Source: Zootoca vivipara (taxonomy: Eukaryota). Taken from it: a DNA stretch of 64,000 nucleotides. Below the pieces are notes generated by a model. That model saw only the letters and a program-made list of their open reading frames with translations, did no database searches and had not been told where the DNA came from. Position numbers and translations under genes: made by a program. The stretch lies in the NCBI RefSeq assembly GCF_963506605.1, contig NC_083285.1:48918001-48982000 (forward strand), given 5' to 3'. Positions 62,726 through 64,000 of the stretch are shown here, piece after piece; position 1 is the first letter of the stretch; each line of letters opens with the position of its first letter.

Positions 62726-64000
62726 TGTATTGTTCCATTTAATGAAGTGCCTGTACAACAATATATATACCAAGTACTGATATGACGTATTAAAAGCATT
62801 TGATGTCCTATTAAAAAAGGAAGTTCACAAATTGTGCCAGCAAGTGTCTCATGGATTACAAAATATTACAGTAATGTCATAGTCTTAGAATAAATGATAC
62901 AACACCTGCTTCCAGCTTCATATACATGGAAGTAACTTGAAAGTTCAGAATGTTACGGTACACAATTTGTCACCCAGAAAAACTGACATAGCATTGTGTG
63001 TCTCACTCATTTTCAAGGTGGCTTTCCTTATCTGCTATATATCTTCTCTATTGTTTTTCTCCATTGAACATTTGTAAACAGAAGTTCTCTCCCTTTTACT
63101 CTTCTTACTAATTATTTACTGGAGTGGCAGAAGCTAAAAAACACTGGATAGCATAATGTTTTATAAACTAACTCTTTTAAGTGAAAATCAAGTCACTTAA
63201 GGGTTCTTCAGAAACAGTACAGTAAACAGTAAACAAAAACAAGAAGTGGATTCCCAAATGCGTATTTGGGCCATTTGCTTTATGCAAATGAATATTAAGT
63301 GCAGGTGGGAATAGTTCGCTATTTCAATTACAATACTAATACTCTCCACAGTTTACACTATACATTTAAAACACATTCAAAATACATTATTTCCCTCAAA
63401 TAATTCTGATCACTGCAGTTTACCCCTCACAGGGTTACAATTCCCAGCAACCCTCAAACTACACTGCCCAGAATTCTTTGAGGGAAAGAATGTGAAGATA
63501 TAGTATGTATGCAGCCTGAAATTATCAGATTATTGGGCTAAGGTTGCAGTCTCATTACCTAGAGTTGTCCTTCTCATCTATCCCATCAGAGTTCATTCCT
63601 GTTAATTTGAACCACTGCGACTGGGAACCCCTGCTCTCCTCATCTCCTTTCCTCCCAGACAGATCACCCTTCCCTCATTAAAACAACAAAAGAATCCCCG
63701 CTGATTAAAAACATATAAAACCATTGTAGCAGCGAAGTTGTCAGATGCACCAATAAGACTTGCACAGGTCAGGAACAAGCTTTTCTTTGCTGTTCTTCTC
63801 TCCCTTTGCAGGGACATGGCCGAGCTCAATCTTTCTATCTTATCAGGCTAGCAGGAAAGAGAGGGTAGTTGTAGGTATTATCCCCTCCCCCTCTCTATCT
63901 CCTGCCACAAACAGCAGTTTCAAAGGGAGATTTATTGTTATGTGTAAATGCAAAAGGAAAAAAGTCCCTATATAACTAATTCATGGTAAAGCCATTCCCC

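Noticed and set aside
61804-63829. 157-aa + ORF and 75-aa - ORF
   Set aside because: Partly overlap a degenerate repeat and have no recognisable motif.

Overview
Eukaryotic, intron-rich vertebrate DNA, almost certainly a squamate and probably a lacertid lizard (inferred from Sauria SINEs, BovB/RTE and Penelope-like repeats). The window carries the conserved amniote block HCFC2 (-, exons 1-5, continuing off the left edge), GLT8D2 (+, about 351 aa), TDG (-, about 399 aa), UQCC6/C12orf73/BRAWNIN (+, 67-aa microprotein missed by the ORF track) and HSP90B1/GRP94 (-, 18 exons, about 793 aa, KDEL). I built the exon chains by hand, and they are GT-AG and phase-consistent. Regulatory features include a bidirectional TDG/UQCC6 CpG promoter, an ERSE cluster upstream of HSP90B1, and miR-29/miR-26 seed sites in the TDG 3' UTR. 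The most unusual signal is three Penelope-like element ends carrying minimal type I hammerhead ribozyme motifs. Two are fold-back insertions in HCFC2 intron 1 that place two motifs in sense on one pre-mRNA, and one lies in sense in UQCC6 intron 1. Other oddities are young CpG-rich hAT elements, a roughly 100-bp near-perfect hairpin, a duplicated segment next to two N-gaps, and a possible divergent spliced transcript upstream of HSP90B1. Comparisons to human genes and repeat families are from memory; no database searches were run.
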